A stretch of 64,000 bases of DNA from Spirochaetota bacterium (GTDB lineage Bacteria > Spirochaetota > UBA4802 > JAGODF01): the NCBI GenBank assembly GCA_029974015.1, contig JARKUF010000009.1:1167-65166 (forward strand). The letters run 5' to 3'. Of this stretch, positions 17,700 through 27,351 are shown one piece after another (positions within the stretch are counted from its first letter, which is position 1; each line of letters opens with the position of its first letter). The position numbers and the translations under genes are program-made. The notes beneath the pieces were generated by a model. That model saw only the letters and a program-made list of their open reading frames with translations, was not told the DNA's origin and searched no databases.

Positions 17700-17858
17700 G
17701 TTCAACCGGGCCCGTGCGCCCTTTCCTCCGGCACTCCGCCACAAAGGCGGCATCGTCCTGTCAATTCTGCTTATGTTATATTGAAAAAGCGCCGATACAT
17801 TAATGCGGAGTACCTGTCGGTATAAATGCAGGCGCAGGGACGCGGAGGCGACACCAGG

Positions 17859-18026
17859 ATGGTGACTATTTCGGACAGAAGGCGACGCGGCACACTCCCG
17901 GGGGTATTGCGGCACATTCGGGGAGGAGCGTATCTCTGCGCGGCGCTGGCCCTCGGTTCCCTCATGGCCCTTAGCGTGGCCTTCGGACGCGGGGAAACGA
18001 AAAAGCGCGCAACATCCCGTAGATGA
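17859..18026 (+). CDS. possible small single-TM protein
   Basis: Hydrophobic AYLCAALALGSLMALSVAF between basic segments; purine-rich sequence upstream. Confidence 0.3.
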   Translation: MVTISDRRRRGTLPGVLRHIRGGAYLCAALALGSLMALSVAFGRGETKKRATSRR

Positions 18027-18070
18027 TAGCGGCGGCCTCATCGCCCGCGACATATACCCGCGGTTCCAAC

Positions 18071-19525
18071 TCAGTGGTCCAGTTCCGCGCCGGGCACGTC
18101 CGGCAGGATTGTCGGCACGCTCACCACTTCCTCTATCACCTTCATCGATTTCCATTTTCCGCCGCGGAAGCGAAGATAAAACGCCAGGCCCAGTAAGCAC
18201 ACATAGACGGTGCTGATGGCCCAGCAGATGAGGATTCCCGCCCCGAAGACAGCGATGGCGATATATGTAGGCGCAACCAGCACCGTGAGCGAAAGAACCG
18301 CTATCATAATCATGACAAAACGCGTGTCCCCTGCCCCCTTGATGGCCGCCGCGAAAATTATATTGCAGGTGTCCAGCAAAGAATACACCGCCACGAAGCG
18401 AAGAAGGAGCACCGCGAGTTCGGCGATTTCCCGGAACGCCTCGGGGCCCGCCCCGGAGGCGAAGGGGGCTATGAAAACCCACGGAGCAAAGACATAGAGT
18501 GACGCGATAAAAGCCATGTAGATGAAAGTGAGATGGAACCCGGACCAGCTCACCTTTTCCGCAAGGGCCGGGTTCCCTCCTCCGATATACTGCCCCACCT
18601 TGGTGGAAACGGCAATGCCAAAGCCGATCATAGGCATGAAAGCAAGGGTGTTGATATTGAAGGCGATGGTCGTAGCCGCCAGACTCACGGTACCCAGGCG
18701 TCCCACCAGAAGGAGAAACGCCGCAAAGCCCGCCACGTCGATGAAGAACTGGATGCCATTGGGAAGGCCGAACCTCATGAGGCGGCCGAAGAGGGCCCTG
18801 TCGAAACGCCAACCCGAAAGGGTCCCGAAGACCGCGTTGACCGAGGGGCGAAAGATGAGAACAATGTAGACCAGAAATCCCGCCAGCCCGGCGAATACCG
18901 TAGCGTAGGCGGCGCCGGAGATGCCCATCTCCGGAAAACCCCATTTGCCGAAAATCATGGCGTAATCGAGGACGAGGTTCACCACCGTGTTAAAGACATT
19001 TATCCACATCACCGGCATGGTTTTCCCCAGGCCAATATAATAGGAAGATAATGCCGTTGACCCAATCGCGGGGAACGCCCCGAGGCAGAGAATCCGGAAA
19101 TACTCGGACTCCAGGGCCTCCAGCGCCGCGCCATGTCCCGCCAGGGCGAATATGTCCCCGGAAAACCGCATGAGGGCCAGGTGCGCCAGGCCTCCTATTA
19201 GCGCGAGATAAAGCCCCTGCCAGATCACCGGGCCCACCCTGTCCTTCTTGCCCGCCCCGATGTACTGGGCGACGAAGGTGCCGGCGAAGCTTGCCGTACC
19301 GATGAAGAGGCTCAAGAAGGTAAAATTGGTGTTCCCCGCCGGCATGGAGGCCGCAACTGCCTCGGGGGAATACCAGGCGAGGAACATCCGGTCCACAAAG
19401 TGCTGGACGCTCCATGAGCCGGTGCTGATGATGAGGGGAAGCGCCACCGTTAAAAGCTCGCGGTAACCCCCCTCTGTTTTCCACCGGCCGCGTGCACTTA
19501 ATAATGATGATATAAAACCTGGCAT
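18071..19525 (-). CDS. MATE family efflux transporter
   Basis: VALPLII, FVDRMFL, VNLVLDY.MIFG.WGFPEMGI.GAA.AT and KGAGDT motifs. Confidence 0.93.
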   Translation of the reverse strand: MPGFISSLLSARGRWKTEGGYRELLTVALPLIISTGSWSVQHFVDRMFLAWYSPEAVAASMPAGNTNFTFLSLFIGTASFAGTFVAQYIGAGKKDRVGPVIWQGLYLALIGGLAHLALMRFSGDIFALAGHGAALEALESEYFRILCLGAFPAIGSTALSSYYIGLGKTMPVMWINVFNTVVNLVLDYAMIFGKWGFPEMGISGAAYATVFAGLAGFLVYIVLIFRPSVNAVFGTLSGWRFDRALFGRLMRFGLPNGIQFFIDVAGFAAFLLLVGRLGTVSLAATTIAFNINTLAFMPMIGFGIAVSTKVGQYIGGGNPALAEKVSWSGFHLTFIYMAFIASLYVFAPWVFIAPFASGAGPEAFREIAELAVLLLRFVAVYSLLDTCNIIFAAAIKGAGDTRFVMIMIAVLSLTVLVAPTYIAIAVFGAGILICWAISTVYVCLLGLAFYLRFRGGKWKSMKVIEEVVSVPTILPDVPGAELDH

Positions 19526-19668
19526 CGTATTGTTTCCGCTCCGGGGCCTTTCGCCGCGTATTTTAATTGCAAAGAATGGAGCAGGCCTGCATCCTGTCAA
19601 TTGATAAAGACGGCGAAGCCGCGGCGCGCACAACGCCCTTCTCCCGCCGCCCATATCCCGAAAAAACA

Positions 19669-20301
19669 ATGGATGATAATAAGGGCCCAGCACAAAACTC
19701 CATAATAATCGAAGGCGCGTCGATCACTCATCGCTTCGGAACGAGGACCATATTCACCGGCGTCAGCATCGTAGCCTTCCCCGGCGGCCCCGCGGCGATC
19801 ACCGGGCCCAATGGTTCCGGAAAGTCGACATTGCTGGAAATCCTCGCGGGGCTACGCCGCCCCACGGACGGATCGGTGATGATGCGAATACAGGGCGAAC
19901 CCCACACGGCCAGTCTGGAACGCTTTGTCGGCTTCGCCAGCCCGCGCCTGCGCCTCTACGAAGAGCTCACGGCGCTCGAAACATTGGACTTCATCGCCCA
20001 AAACCGCCTGTCCAGGGAACGGGGCCGGGAATTGATAGGGCGATTCGGCCTGGAAGACCGCGCACATTCCCGCGTGGGCGCCTTCTCGACGGGGATGATG
20101 CAGCGCCTCAAGCTAATCGCCGCGGCATTGAACGACCCCCCGATACTCCTCCTTGACGAACCCTGCTCCAATCTGGACGAGGACGGACGCCGGCTTGTCT
20201 TCGAGTACCTCGCCTCGGTGAAAGACCGCAAGGCCATCGTCATCGCCACGAACGACCCGGGCGAAGCGGACTTCTGCGAAGGGAGGGCGTCCCTTGGTTA
20301 A
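19669..20301 (+). CDS. ccmA: heme ABC exporter ATP-binding protein CcmA
   Basis: GPNGSGKST, FSTGM and LLLDEP motifs; first gene of the ccm cluster. Confidence 0.88.
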   Translation: MDDNKGPAQNSIIIEGASITHRFGTRTIFTGVSIVAFPGGPAAITGPNGSGKSTLLEILAGLRRPTDGSVMMRIQGEPHTASLERFVGFASPRLRLYEELTALETLDFIAQNRLSRERGRELIGRFGLEDRAHSRVGAFSTGMMQRLKLIAAALNDPPILLLDEPCSNLDEDGRRLVFEYLASVKDRKAIVIATNDPGEADFCEGRASLG

Positions 20302-20956
20302 GGACATCATCAGAAACATGCGGAAGGACTTCCGCGTGGAGTTCCGGGAAAAAAGCGCCCTGCAGATCGCCTTCTCCTTCGCTTTCATCGCCACCCTGTC
20401 CGTGGGCCTCGTGATGGGCGGCGCATCTACGGGGGCGCGCGAGCGCTCCATTATCCTGTGGCTCATCATGTTCTTCAGCGCCATGAGCGGCCTCGCCCAT
20501 GCCTTCGTGCGCGAGGAAGAAAAGGGGACCGCCCTTCTGCTCCGGCTCACATCGTCCCCTTCGGCGGTATTCACCGCGAAACTCCTTTTTAATCTGGCCT
20601 TTTTCCTGGCCCTTCAGTTCCTCATCACCCTCCTCTTCGTCTTCTTTGTGGAGGGTGATGTGGCGTCACCATTCCCTTTCGCCCTGACGATACTCTCCGG
20701 CGGTACCGCGCTCGCATCAGCCTCTACCATCCTCTCCGCGATGGCGGCCAGGGCCGGAGTCCGGGGGGCCCTCTTCCCGGTGATGTCCCTCCCCATCACC
20801 CTCCCGGTCCTGTTTGCGGCGACCGGGGCCACGGCGGAGGCCATGGAACGCCCCGGCCTGGCCCCCGGTGGCGACATCATTTTTTTACTTGCGTTTTCCG
20901 GCGCCATAATCGCGGTATCGTACCTGGTATTTGAATACATCTGGATTGACGAATGA
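20294..20956 (+). CDS. ccmB: heme exporter protein CcmB
   Basis: About 6 TM, F.REEE.GT and LFPV..LP motifs; ccm context. Confidence 0.9.
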   Translation: MVKDIIRNMRKDFRVEFREKSALQIAFSFAFIATLSVGLVMGGASTGARERSIILWLIMFFSAMSGLAHAFVREEEKGTALLLRLTSSPSAVFTAKLLFNLAFFLALQFLITLLFVFFVEGDVASPFPFALTILSGGTALASASTILSAMAARAGVRGALFPVMSLPITLPVLFAATGATAEAMERPGLAPGGDIIFLLAFSGAIIAVSYLVFEYIWIDE

Positions 20957-21597
20957 AGCACATCGCGCGCCTCCTTCACATCGCCATGCCCGCCGCCATC
21001 ATAATGGCTTTCCTGTACGCGCCGACGGCAGAAGTCCACGGCGCCCCGGGACGCCTCCTTTTCTTTCACGTACCCATGGCATGGATTTCGGCCCTGGCCT
21101 TCCTCACGGCGGGGCTTCTCTCCATGGCCCATCTTGCCGGGCGCGGCAGGTTTCTCGACTCCACGGCGCGCCACTCCGCGGAGGCAGGCCTCGCCTTCAC
21201 CTTTTTAGCAACGGCGTCAGGCTCCGTCTGGTCGAAGCTGAGCTGGGGCTCCTACTGGAACTGGGACCCGCGGCAGACCTCAATCGTGTTTCTCATGCTC
21301 ATCTACATAGCCTACTTCAGCCTCGACTCCGCCCTGCGGGGAAAAACGAACCGGGGCCGCATCGCATCGGCCTATTTAATTCTGGCCATGGCGGTGATGC
21401 CGTTTTTTGTTTTCCTCTTTCCCCGCTTCCTCGGGATGTCCCTCCATCCCCAATCAGGCACCCTGGAAACGGACCCGGCGACTCGCATCACCCTTCTCGT
21501 CTCCATCGCGGCGCACACTCTGCTATATCTTCACATCCTCTCACTGAGAAACCGGACGCACCGCCTGGAACAAAACATAAGGAACATCGCGCGATGA
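20953..21597 (+). CDS. ccmC: cytochrome c biogenesis protein CcmC
   Basis: FFHVP and the WWD-type motif WSKLSWGSYWNWDPR. Confidence 0.93.
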   Translation: MKHIARLLHIAMPAAIIMAFLYAPTAEVHGAPGRLLFFHVPMAWISALAFLTAGLLSMAHLAGRGRFLDSTARHSAEAGLAFTFLATASGSVWSKLSWGSYWNWDPRQTSIVFLMLIYIAYFSLDSALRGKTNRGRIASAYLILAMAVMPFFVFLFPRFLGMSLHPQSGTLETDPATRITLLVSIAAHTLLYLHILSLRNRTHRLEQNIRNIAR

Positions 21598-21854
21598 AAG
21601 ATATTATAAAAGATATTATAAAAAGAACCGGGATGATGAGGGCAAAAGCCGCCGCGGCCTTCACTTCCTGCGCCATCATGGCCGCCATGCCACAGGGGCT
21701 CCTTGCCCAATCTTCGCAGACGCCCGCCCCCGGCGACGCGGTCCTCACGAGGGTGATGTGGGTGGTCCTCGCGGGATGGATTGGAATCGGAATCTACCTT
21801 TTTATTATCGACCGAAGGGTATCACGTCTGGAAAAGAGGGCGCGAAATGACTAA
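21594..21854 (+). CDS. ccmD: CcmD-like protein
   Basis: ATGA overlap with ccmC. C-terminal VMWVVLAGWIGIGIYLFIIDRRVSRLE pattern; lies between ccmC and ccmE. Start uncertain. Confidence 0.7.
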   Translation: MKDIIKDIIKRTGMMRAKAAAAFTSCAIMAAMPQGLLAQSSQTPAPGDAVLTRVMWVVLAGWIGIGIYLFIIDRRVSRLEKRARND

Positions 21855-22251
21855 CACGAGCAAGAAGATATTCATCGGCGCGACAGCCCTTGCCTGCGTG
21901 CTACTGGCTTTTTATTCCCTGAAAGATTCCATGCGCACCTATGTGCCCTTCTCCGAGGCCCGTTCAACGGGAAGGCCGGTCCAGGTGATCGGGACCCTGG
22001 AAAAATCCCTGCCCGTGAAACACTACGAGGGCTACTACACCATGGTCCTGAAAGACCGGGACGGGTCGCCCATGACCGTAAAGCATGCCGCGGCGAAACC
22101 CGCAAACCTGGAACACGCCGATCAGGTGGTGGCCCGGGGAAGGTTCAATCGGGAAAGCGGACTCTTCGAAGCGGAGAAGGTCCTGGTGAAATGCCCCTCC
22201 CGATACGCGAAAAGCGCCGGGGAAAAAGCCCCGGCTAAGGGTCCAGAATAA
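21847..22251 (+). CDS. ccmE: heme chaperone CcmE, CxxxY variant
   Basis: N-terminal TM helix and the C-terminal FEAEKVLVKCPSRY motif. Confidence 0.92.
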   Translation: MTNTSKKIFIGATALACVLLAFYSLKDSMRTYVPFSEARSTGRPVQVIGTLEKSLPVKHYEGYYTMVLKDRDGSPMTVKHAAAKPANLEHADQVVARGRFNRESGLFEAEKVLVKCPSRYAKSAGEKAPAKGPE

Positions 22252-22288
22252 AATATCAAAACGCAACCTGAAAGGCGGTGACAGATCA

Positions 22289-24469
22289 ATGCATGCCGGA
22301 TCCATCCTCATTTTCTGCGCTCTGGCGCTCTCCATGCTTCATCTCTTTTTTCTGGCGCGAAGCGCCGGGGGAAACATCTTTGCCCGGGTTACGGCCCAGA
22401 GGGTTTTTTATCTCACCTCCATCATCATCGCCTTTGCCATGGTGCTGCTTCTCCTGGCCTTCCTCGGCAATGACTTCTCGCTCCACTATGTCTACCAGCA
22501 TTCGTCCTTAGAACAGCCTTTGCTCTATAAAGTGTCGGCGCTCTGGGCGGGGCAGGAAGGTGGATTTCTCCTCTGGCTTTTCTTTCTATCCATCATCGGC
22601 ATTATCATCATCCGGACGAAGGACGAGCACGAGAGCGTGCTCATGTCCTTGCTTACGATAACACAATTTTTCATTCTCATCGCCCTCGCGGTAAAAAGCC
22701 CCTTCGCCCGGGTCTGGGACACAAACCCCGGACAATTCTCCGGCCTCATTCCGGGGGCCTTGGACGGCCTTGGGCTTAATCCCCTCCTCCAGGATTTTTG
22801 GATGGCGGTGCATCCTCCTGTCCTCTTCGCCGGATACGCCGCCGCCGTGGTGCCCTTCGGCTATGCCGTGGCGGCCCTTCTCCGAAACAGGTACGATATC
22901 ATGCCCCTCCGGGCGTATCGCTGGGTCATCTTCACTGCGACGGCCCTGGGAATCGGCATTTTCCTTGGCGGATACTGGGCCTACTCGGTCCTCGGATGGG
23001 GAGGATACTGGGGCTGGGACCCTGTTGAAAACTCGTCCCTGGTGCCCTGGCTCCTCCTGGTGGCCCTCATTCATGGCCTCATCATACAGAGGCGCCGCGG
23101 GTCCCTGGTGCGGACCAATCTGGTCCTGGCCATGCTCTCCTTTGTGCTGGTGCTCTACAGCACCTTTCTCACCCGGAGCGGCATCCTCTCGGACTTCTCG
23201 GTCCACTCTTTTTCCGGGGAATCGGTATCGTTCCAGATAGCCTACTACATCGCCTTCTACATCGTTGCCGGGACGGCCCTCCTCATCCTCCGGGGGAGGA
23301 AGATACAGACCGAACCGCTGGAGAAGGACGTCATGGCGCCGACGAACCTGCTTTTCTACGGCATAGTCATCATACTCCTGTACTCCGCCGTGATACTTCT
23401 CGGGACTTCCATGCCCATTCTTACGGGGCTTGTCATGAAACGCCCATCGGCGGTGAATGAAGGGTTCTATAACACCTGGTCGATACCGGCGGGCCTCGGC
23501 ATTCTCATCATCATATCCCTGTTGACCCTCAGGCGCGGCGCATCTTTCGAGAAGCTTCCCGGGGCCCTTCTCCTGGCCGCGGCCTGCGCCGCCGGAGTGT
23601 TCTTTAACCTGTTTCACACAACGACACCGGGGGCCTATCTTCTGTCCGCCGCCGCTTTCTTAGTCATAGGCGCCGTAACACGGGACTGGTTTCTGAGGCG
23701 GTCGAAGGCCCACCGGGCCTCCCGACTGGCCCACCTCGGCACGGCCATCCTGGTCCTGGGAATCGTCGCCTCCGGGTACCATTCATTTTCCGAGCAAGCG
23801 CGCCTGGTGAACAATGTGGAGCAGAACATAGGGAACATGAACATCCGCTTCCTGGGCATCACGGAGGAGGAAAAGTCTTCTCTCCGTTTCTCAGTCGCCT
23901 CGGGGAGCTCGTCTAAGAACGTATCCATGCTCTACTATTTCTCGGAGCGCACCAACTCCATCTACAAGGAACCCGCGATCCTTCCCGGAATCACCGGAGA
24001 CACCTATATCAGCCCTCTTTCATACGCTTCGGGGCCCGGTCTCGCCTCGACACTGGTTCTGAAAACGGGCGAAGCAAAGAAAATCGCCGATACAGAGGTC
24101 CGTTTCCTTGGCATGAAGAAGGTCGATAAAAAGGCGATGATGGAGGGGAAACCCGAGCTTTTCGTGGACCTGGAAATACTTATGGGCGGGGCCTCTTATC
24201 GAGTTAGCCCCGGAGTGCGCATGGGCGCTTCGGGAAAGCTTGAAAGCATCGAGGCGATGTTCTCTCCGTCGAAGAGGAAAGTGGCCCTGCAGCATCTACA
24301 CCGGGAAACGGGGGAAGTGCAGCTCTACGTGGAACCGGAAAGGGGCGCTCCCCTTCCGCCGGACGAGGTCATCGTGGAGATAGCGCACAAGCGGCTTATG
24401 GTCCTCGTCTGGGCCGCAACGGCCCTCATCGCCCTGGGACTCGCCGTGGCCATGCGGCGCGTCGCGTAA
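22289..24469 (+). CDS. ccmF: cytochrome c heme lyase CcmF
   Basis: LWAGQEG, GLNPLLQ, HPP, WAY..LGWGGYWGWDPVEN and SVHSF motifs. Confidence 0.95.
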   Translation: MHAGSILIFCALALSMLHLFFLARSAGGNIFARVTAQRVFYLTSIIIAFAMVLLLLAFLGNDFSLHYVYQHSSLEQPLLYKVSALWAGQEGGFLLWLFFLSIIGIIIIRTKDEHESVLMSLLTITQFFILIALAVKSPFARVWDTNPGQFSGLIPGALDGLGLNPLLQDFWMAVHPPVLFAGYAAAVVPFGYAVAALLRNRYDIMPLRAYRWVIFTATALGIGIFLGGYWAYSVLGWGGYWGWDPVENSSLVPWLLLVALIHGLIIQRRRGSLVRTNLVLAMLSFVLVLYSTFLTRSGILSDFSVHSFSGESVSFQIAYYIAFYIVAGTALLILRGRKIQTEPLEKDVMAPTNLLFYGIVIILLYSAVILLGTSMPILTGLVMKRPSAVNEGFYNTWSIPAGLGILIIISLLTLRRGASFEKLPGALLLAAACAAGVFFNLFHTTTPGAYLLSAAAFLVIGAVTRDWFLRRSKAHRASRLAHLGTAILVLGIVASGYHSFSEQARLVNNVEQNIGNMNIRFLGITEEEKSSLRFSVASGSSSKNVSMLYYFSERTNSIYKEPAILPGITGDTYISPLSYASGPGLASTLVLKTGEAKKIADTEVRFLGMKKVDKKAMMEGKPELFVDLEILMGGASYRVSPGVRMGASGKLESIEAMFSPSKRKVALQHLHRETGEVQLYVEPERGAPLPPDEVIVEIAHKRLMVLVWAATALIALGLAVAMRRVA

Positions 24470-24661
24470 GCGCGCGCCGACATAACAGTAGCCGCTTCCC
24501 GTGCACCCAACCTTTCTCTCTTTCCGGCGGCATTCAATGCAGGAAGCTCAGCGGAATATCCGCCCGGGGCCATAATCGCCGTCGATATTACGGAAAGTAC
24601 TTGACCGAATTATTTTTTTACTAACGGTTAGTCTCAAAATCAGGTTTCTTGCGGGGGGGCG

Positions 24662-25450
24662 ATGCATCGCGCCCCCACCCCCCGCACAGGAAAAACCCCG
24701 GATATTTCATCTATGAAAAGCAAAGGGAAAGGCAAAGGCAAGGGACTCATTTTAATAGTGCTTCTTTCGGCTTCGGCAGTGTCGGCATTTATCTACCGGG
24801 AAGAAGCCCGCATCCTGTATCTGAAGACATATTATCTCAAGGTGAAAAAAATATCGGCCGATGGGGCTGTAAAAAAATCCTCCGGGCTTTATCGTGAAAA
24901 AAAATACGAGGAAGCCGCCGACTCCGCCAGGGATTTTCTTCTCATCTTTCCCGGAAACGAAAAGCTCCTCCGTATTGCGGGCATGTCCCTCCTCATGATG
25001 GAGGACCGTATAGCCGGGGCAAAATATCTCATTCCCCTGATAGATGGTTCATCTGAAGACCGGGCCCTCCTTCGCCGCGTAGCGGAAACCCTTTTCGATG
25101 AACGCTACTACAACGATACGATAAACCTTCTGACCGCGCATTCCCCGGGGGCCGACCCGGCCCTCAACTTTTACATGGGGGCTTCTCTGGTAAACACTGG
25201 ACGCCACAGCGAAGCCCTGACCTTTTTGGAAAAATCGGAAAGCCGGGGAAGCAATAATCCGGACGTATACTTTTATTTAGGCCTCGTCCACGAGAAAGCT
25301 GGAAGGGACAATGCCGCTATGGAACAGTATCGAAGCGCCCTGGAAAGAAACCGTTTCCATCGCAAGGCCAGAAAAGCCCTCCTCGATATGTACACCAGGC
25401 GAAAGATGTTTCGGGAGGCGGAGATTCTAATCAGGGGCACGGTGTTATAA
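24662..25450 (+). CDS. membrane-anchored TPR protein
   Basis: N-terminal hydrophobic segment and TPR-like repeats (YFYLGLVHEKAG...A..QYRSAL). Start uncertain. Confidence 0.75.
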   Translation: MHRAPTPRTGKTPDISSMKSKGKGKGKGLILIVLLSASAVSAFIYREEARILYLKTYYLKVKKISADGAVKKSSGLYREKKYEEAADSARDFLLIFPGNEKLLRIAGMSLLMMEDRIAGAKYLIPLIDGSSEDRALLRRVAETLFDERYYNDTINLLTAHSPGADPALNFYMGASLVNTGRHSEALTFLEKSESRGSNNPDVYFYLGLVHEKAGRDNAAMEQYRSALERNRFHRKARKALLDMYTRRKMFREAEILIRGTVL

Positions 25451-25489
25451 CACCTGCAAAAGAGCATCCATCGGCGGCCGAAACTTCCC

Positions 25490-26155
25490 ATGAAAGACTA
25501 TCCCTATAATAAAAACGCCTGCCGCGATATCGTCGCCATCCACAATGAAATTAGCGAACGCGTCAAAAAACGTCTGCAGATTTTCCATCGCCTCTGGGAG
25601 CGAGGTACAGAGAAAGAGATATTCCTTGAACTGGCTTTCTGCCTCATGACTCCCCAGACGAAGGCGCGCCAGGGGGAAAAGGCGATAAACATCCTTCTGG
25701 AGAAGGACCTCGTGTTTCGCGGCGATGCCGGAGAAATCGCCCGGCACCTGAACATCGTCCGGTTCAGAAACAGGAAGGCGGAATACCTTGTGGCCGCCCG
25801 GGAACAGTTCACCGACAAAGGCCGCATCATCCTCAAAAAAACTCTGCGCGAATTCGCTGATCCAAAAACCATGCGGAAATTTCTGGTGTCCGAAGTGAAG
25901 GGAATGGGCTGGAAGGAAGCGAGCCATTTCCTCCGAAACATCGGATTAGGACGCGACCTCGCGATACTGGACCGCCATATTTTAAAAAACCTTCTCCGGG
26001 CGGGGTGCATCGACAATGTGCCCGAATCGCTCACGCCGCCACGTTATATGCTCATCGAGGAGAAGATGGCCGACCTTGCCGCAGCCCTTGATATCCCTCT
26101 TGCGGGCCTTGACTTCGTGCTGTGGTACATGGAGACGGGGGATATTTTTAAATAA
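25490..26155 (+). CDS. ogg: 8-oxoguanine DNA glycosylase/AP lyase (OGG2 type)
   Basis: ELAFCLMT, RF.N.KA.Y, KGMGWKEASHFLRNIG and AILDRH motifs; C-terminal Lys. Confidence 0.93.
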   Translation: MKDYPYNKNACRDIVAIHNEISERVKKRLQIFHRLWERGTEKEIFLELAFCLMTPQTKARQGEKAINILLEKDLVFRGDAGEIARHLNIVRFRNRKAEYLVAAREQFTDKGRIILKKTLREFADPKTMRKFLVSEVKGMGWKEASHFLRNIGLGRDLAILDRHILKNLLRAGCIDNVPESLTPPRYMLIEEKMADLAAALDIPLAGLDFVLWYMETGDIFK

Positions 26156-26200
26156 TGCTTCACGGGCCGCAGGCGGAACCGGCTACAGGAGGCGACCAAT

Positions 26201-26701
26201 TTATTTGGTAAGTTTCAGAATACATTCACGGCATTCCGGGTATTCGGCCAGCAAGTCCTCCCGCTTCCCCATTTCAAAATCGGAGAAATCGAAGCCCGGC
26301 GCCACCGCACAACCCACGAGGCAGAAATCCCCATCGCCCTCAATTCTGGCGCCAAACCAGGAACCGGCAGGCGCCACGGCCTGCGGGCGCTGGCCCGCAA
26401 CGGCATTTAGCCCCAGGACGGTTTTTTCAACGCCGCCGGCGCCGAGAATACATATCGTGAGGGCCGCCCCATCGTGAAAATACCAGATTTCATCGGAGCG
26501 GATGCGGTGAATGGCCGATATCGCCCCTCTGGTGAGAAGAAAATAAATTGAAGTCGCAAAGGGGCGGCCGCCGTCAAATCGTCCCGGGAGGCCTGAGTGA
26601 GGAATATTCTCCCTGGAACGATAGATTTCCCGGTAATAACCTCCTTCGGGATGTGGATGCAGATTGAGCTCCGCAATCCAGCTTTCGGCTGTTCTCATCA
26701 T
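26201..26701 (-). CDS. cupin domain protein (DUF985/Cupin_5)
   Basis: PHPEGGYY, TSIYFLL, SDEIW.F and VAPGFDF.DF motifs. Confidence 0.92.
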   Translation of the reverse strand: MMRTAESWIAELNLHPHPEGGYYREIYRSRENIPHSGLPGRFDGGRPFATSIYFLLTRGAISAIHRIRSDEIWYFHDGAALTICILGAGGVEKTVLGLNAVAGQRPQAVAPAGSWFGARIEGDGDFCLVGCAVAPGFDFSDFEMGKREDLLAEYPECRECILKLTK

Positions 26702-26815
26702 AGCATGGCCTCCCGGGACATAGTTTCTTGCCGGCGTCCTGCGCGCCTCAGCGGAAGCAGTATTGTCCCCCTGCGAATTGAATCCAGATTTTTTTCTTTT
26801 GCGGCGAGAATTTTC

Positions 26816-26844
26816 TTTACACTCCAGGGGGCGGTTTCTATACT
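26816..26844 (+). promoter_or_regulatory. promoter of tRNA-Pro
   Basis: TTTACA-17 nt-TATACT ending 15 nt before the tRNA. Confidence 0.65.
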
Positions 26845-26859
26845 GTGTCCAATGTATTT

Positions 26860-26934
26860 CGGGGCGTAGCGCAGCCCGGTTAGCGCACTTGACTGGGGGT
26901 CAAGGGGTCGGAGGTTCAAATCCTCTCGCCCCGA
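26860..26934 (+). tRNA. tRNA-Pro(GGG), CCA not encoded
   Basis: Acceptor stem CGGGGCG/CGCCCCG, anticodon arm CTTGA-CTGGGGG-TCAAG, T arm GGAGG-TTCAAAT-CCTCT. Confidence 0.97.
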
Positions 26935-26947
26935 ATTACTTACAACA

Positions 26948-27068
26948 GGCAACTTCTAATGCTTATGTTTCTCCGCCCTCCAAGGGGGGGCGGAAAAAAC
27001 TAAGCCTCGAGTTTTTCATTAGCTTCAATCCATGGAAACTTAAAAAAATTAATTTTTTAAAGGTTCCC
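26948..27068 (+). mobile_element. MITE-like element, copy 4 (degenerate), 13 bp downstream of tRNA-Pro
   Basis: GGCAACTTCTAA...TCCGCCCTCC-AAG-GGGGGCGGA...GGAAACTTAAAAAAATTAATTTTTTAAAGGTTCCC; 121 bp. No target duplication visible. Confidence 0.75.
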
Positions 27069-27351
27069 TTTCGAGATACCCAATATTTGATTGATGGACA
27101 ACAAACCGTACATTCACGAAAGAACACTGCCGATAGCCGAATCAGTGCGTCACACTACAGTACAGTGCGCGCATGTTTTTCAGCAATTACAGGACGGCAC
27201 AGGGCTGTCATGAGCACCTTGAAAACCTGATGAAACGATCATCAGGTTTTCTTATGGGAATTTTTTCAAAAAACGATTTTGGTAAAGGTCTTGCGCCCAC
27301 GGGGGAACATCCAATGTTTTTTTTGAAGTCCCCTTATTTATACACAGGAGT

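Noticed and set aside
20931..21593. 307-aa ORF 20931-21854 as one protein
   Set aside because: The first 221 codons overlap ccmC out of frame; only the CcmD-like tail is credible.
26860..27350. tRNA-Pro as an island or prophage integration site
   Set aside because: No integrase nearby, and I found no duplicated tRNA 3' end in the window.
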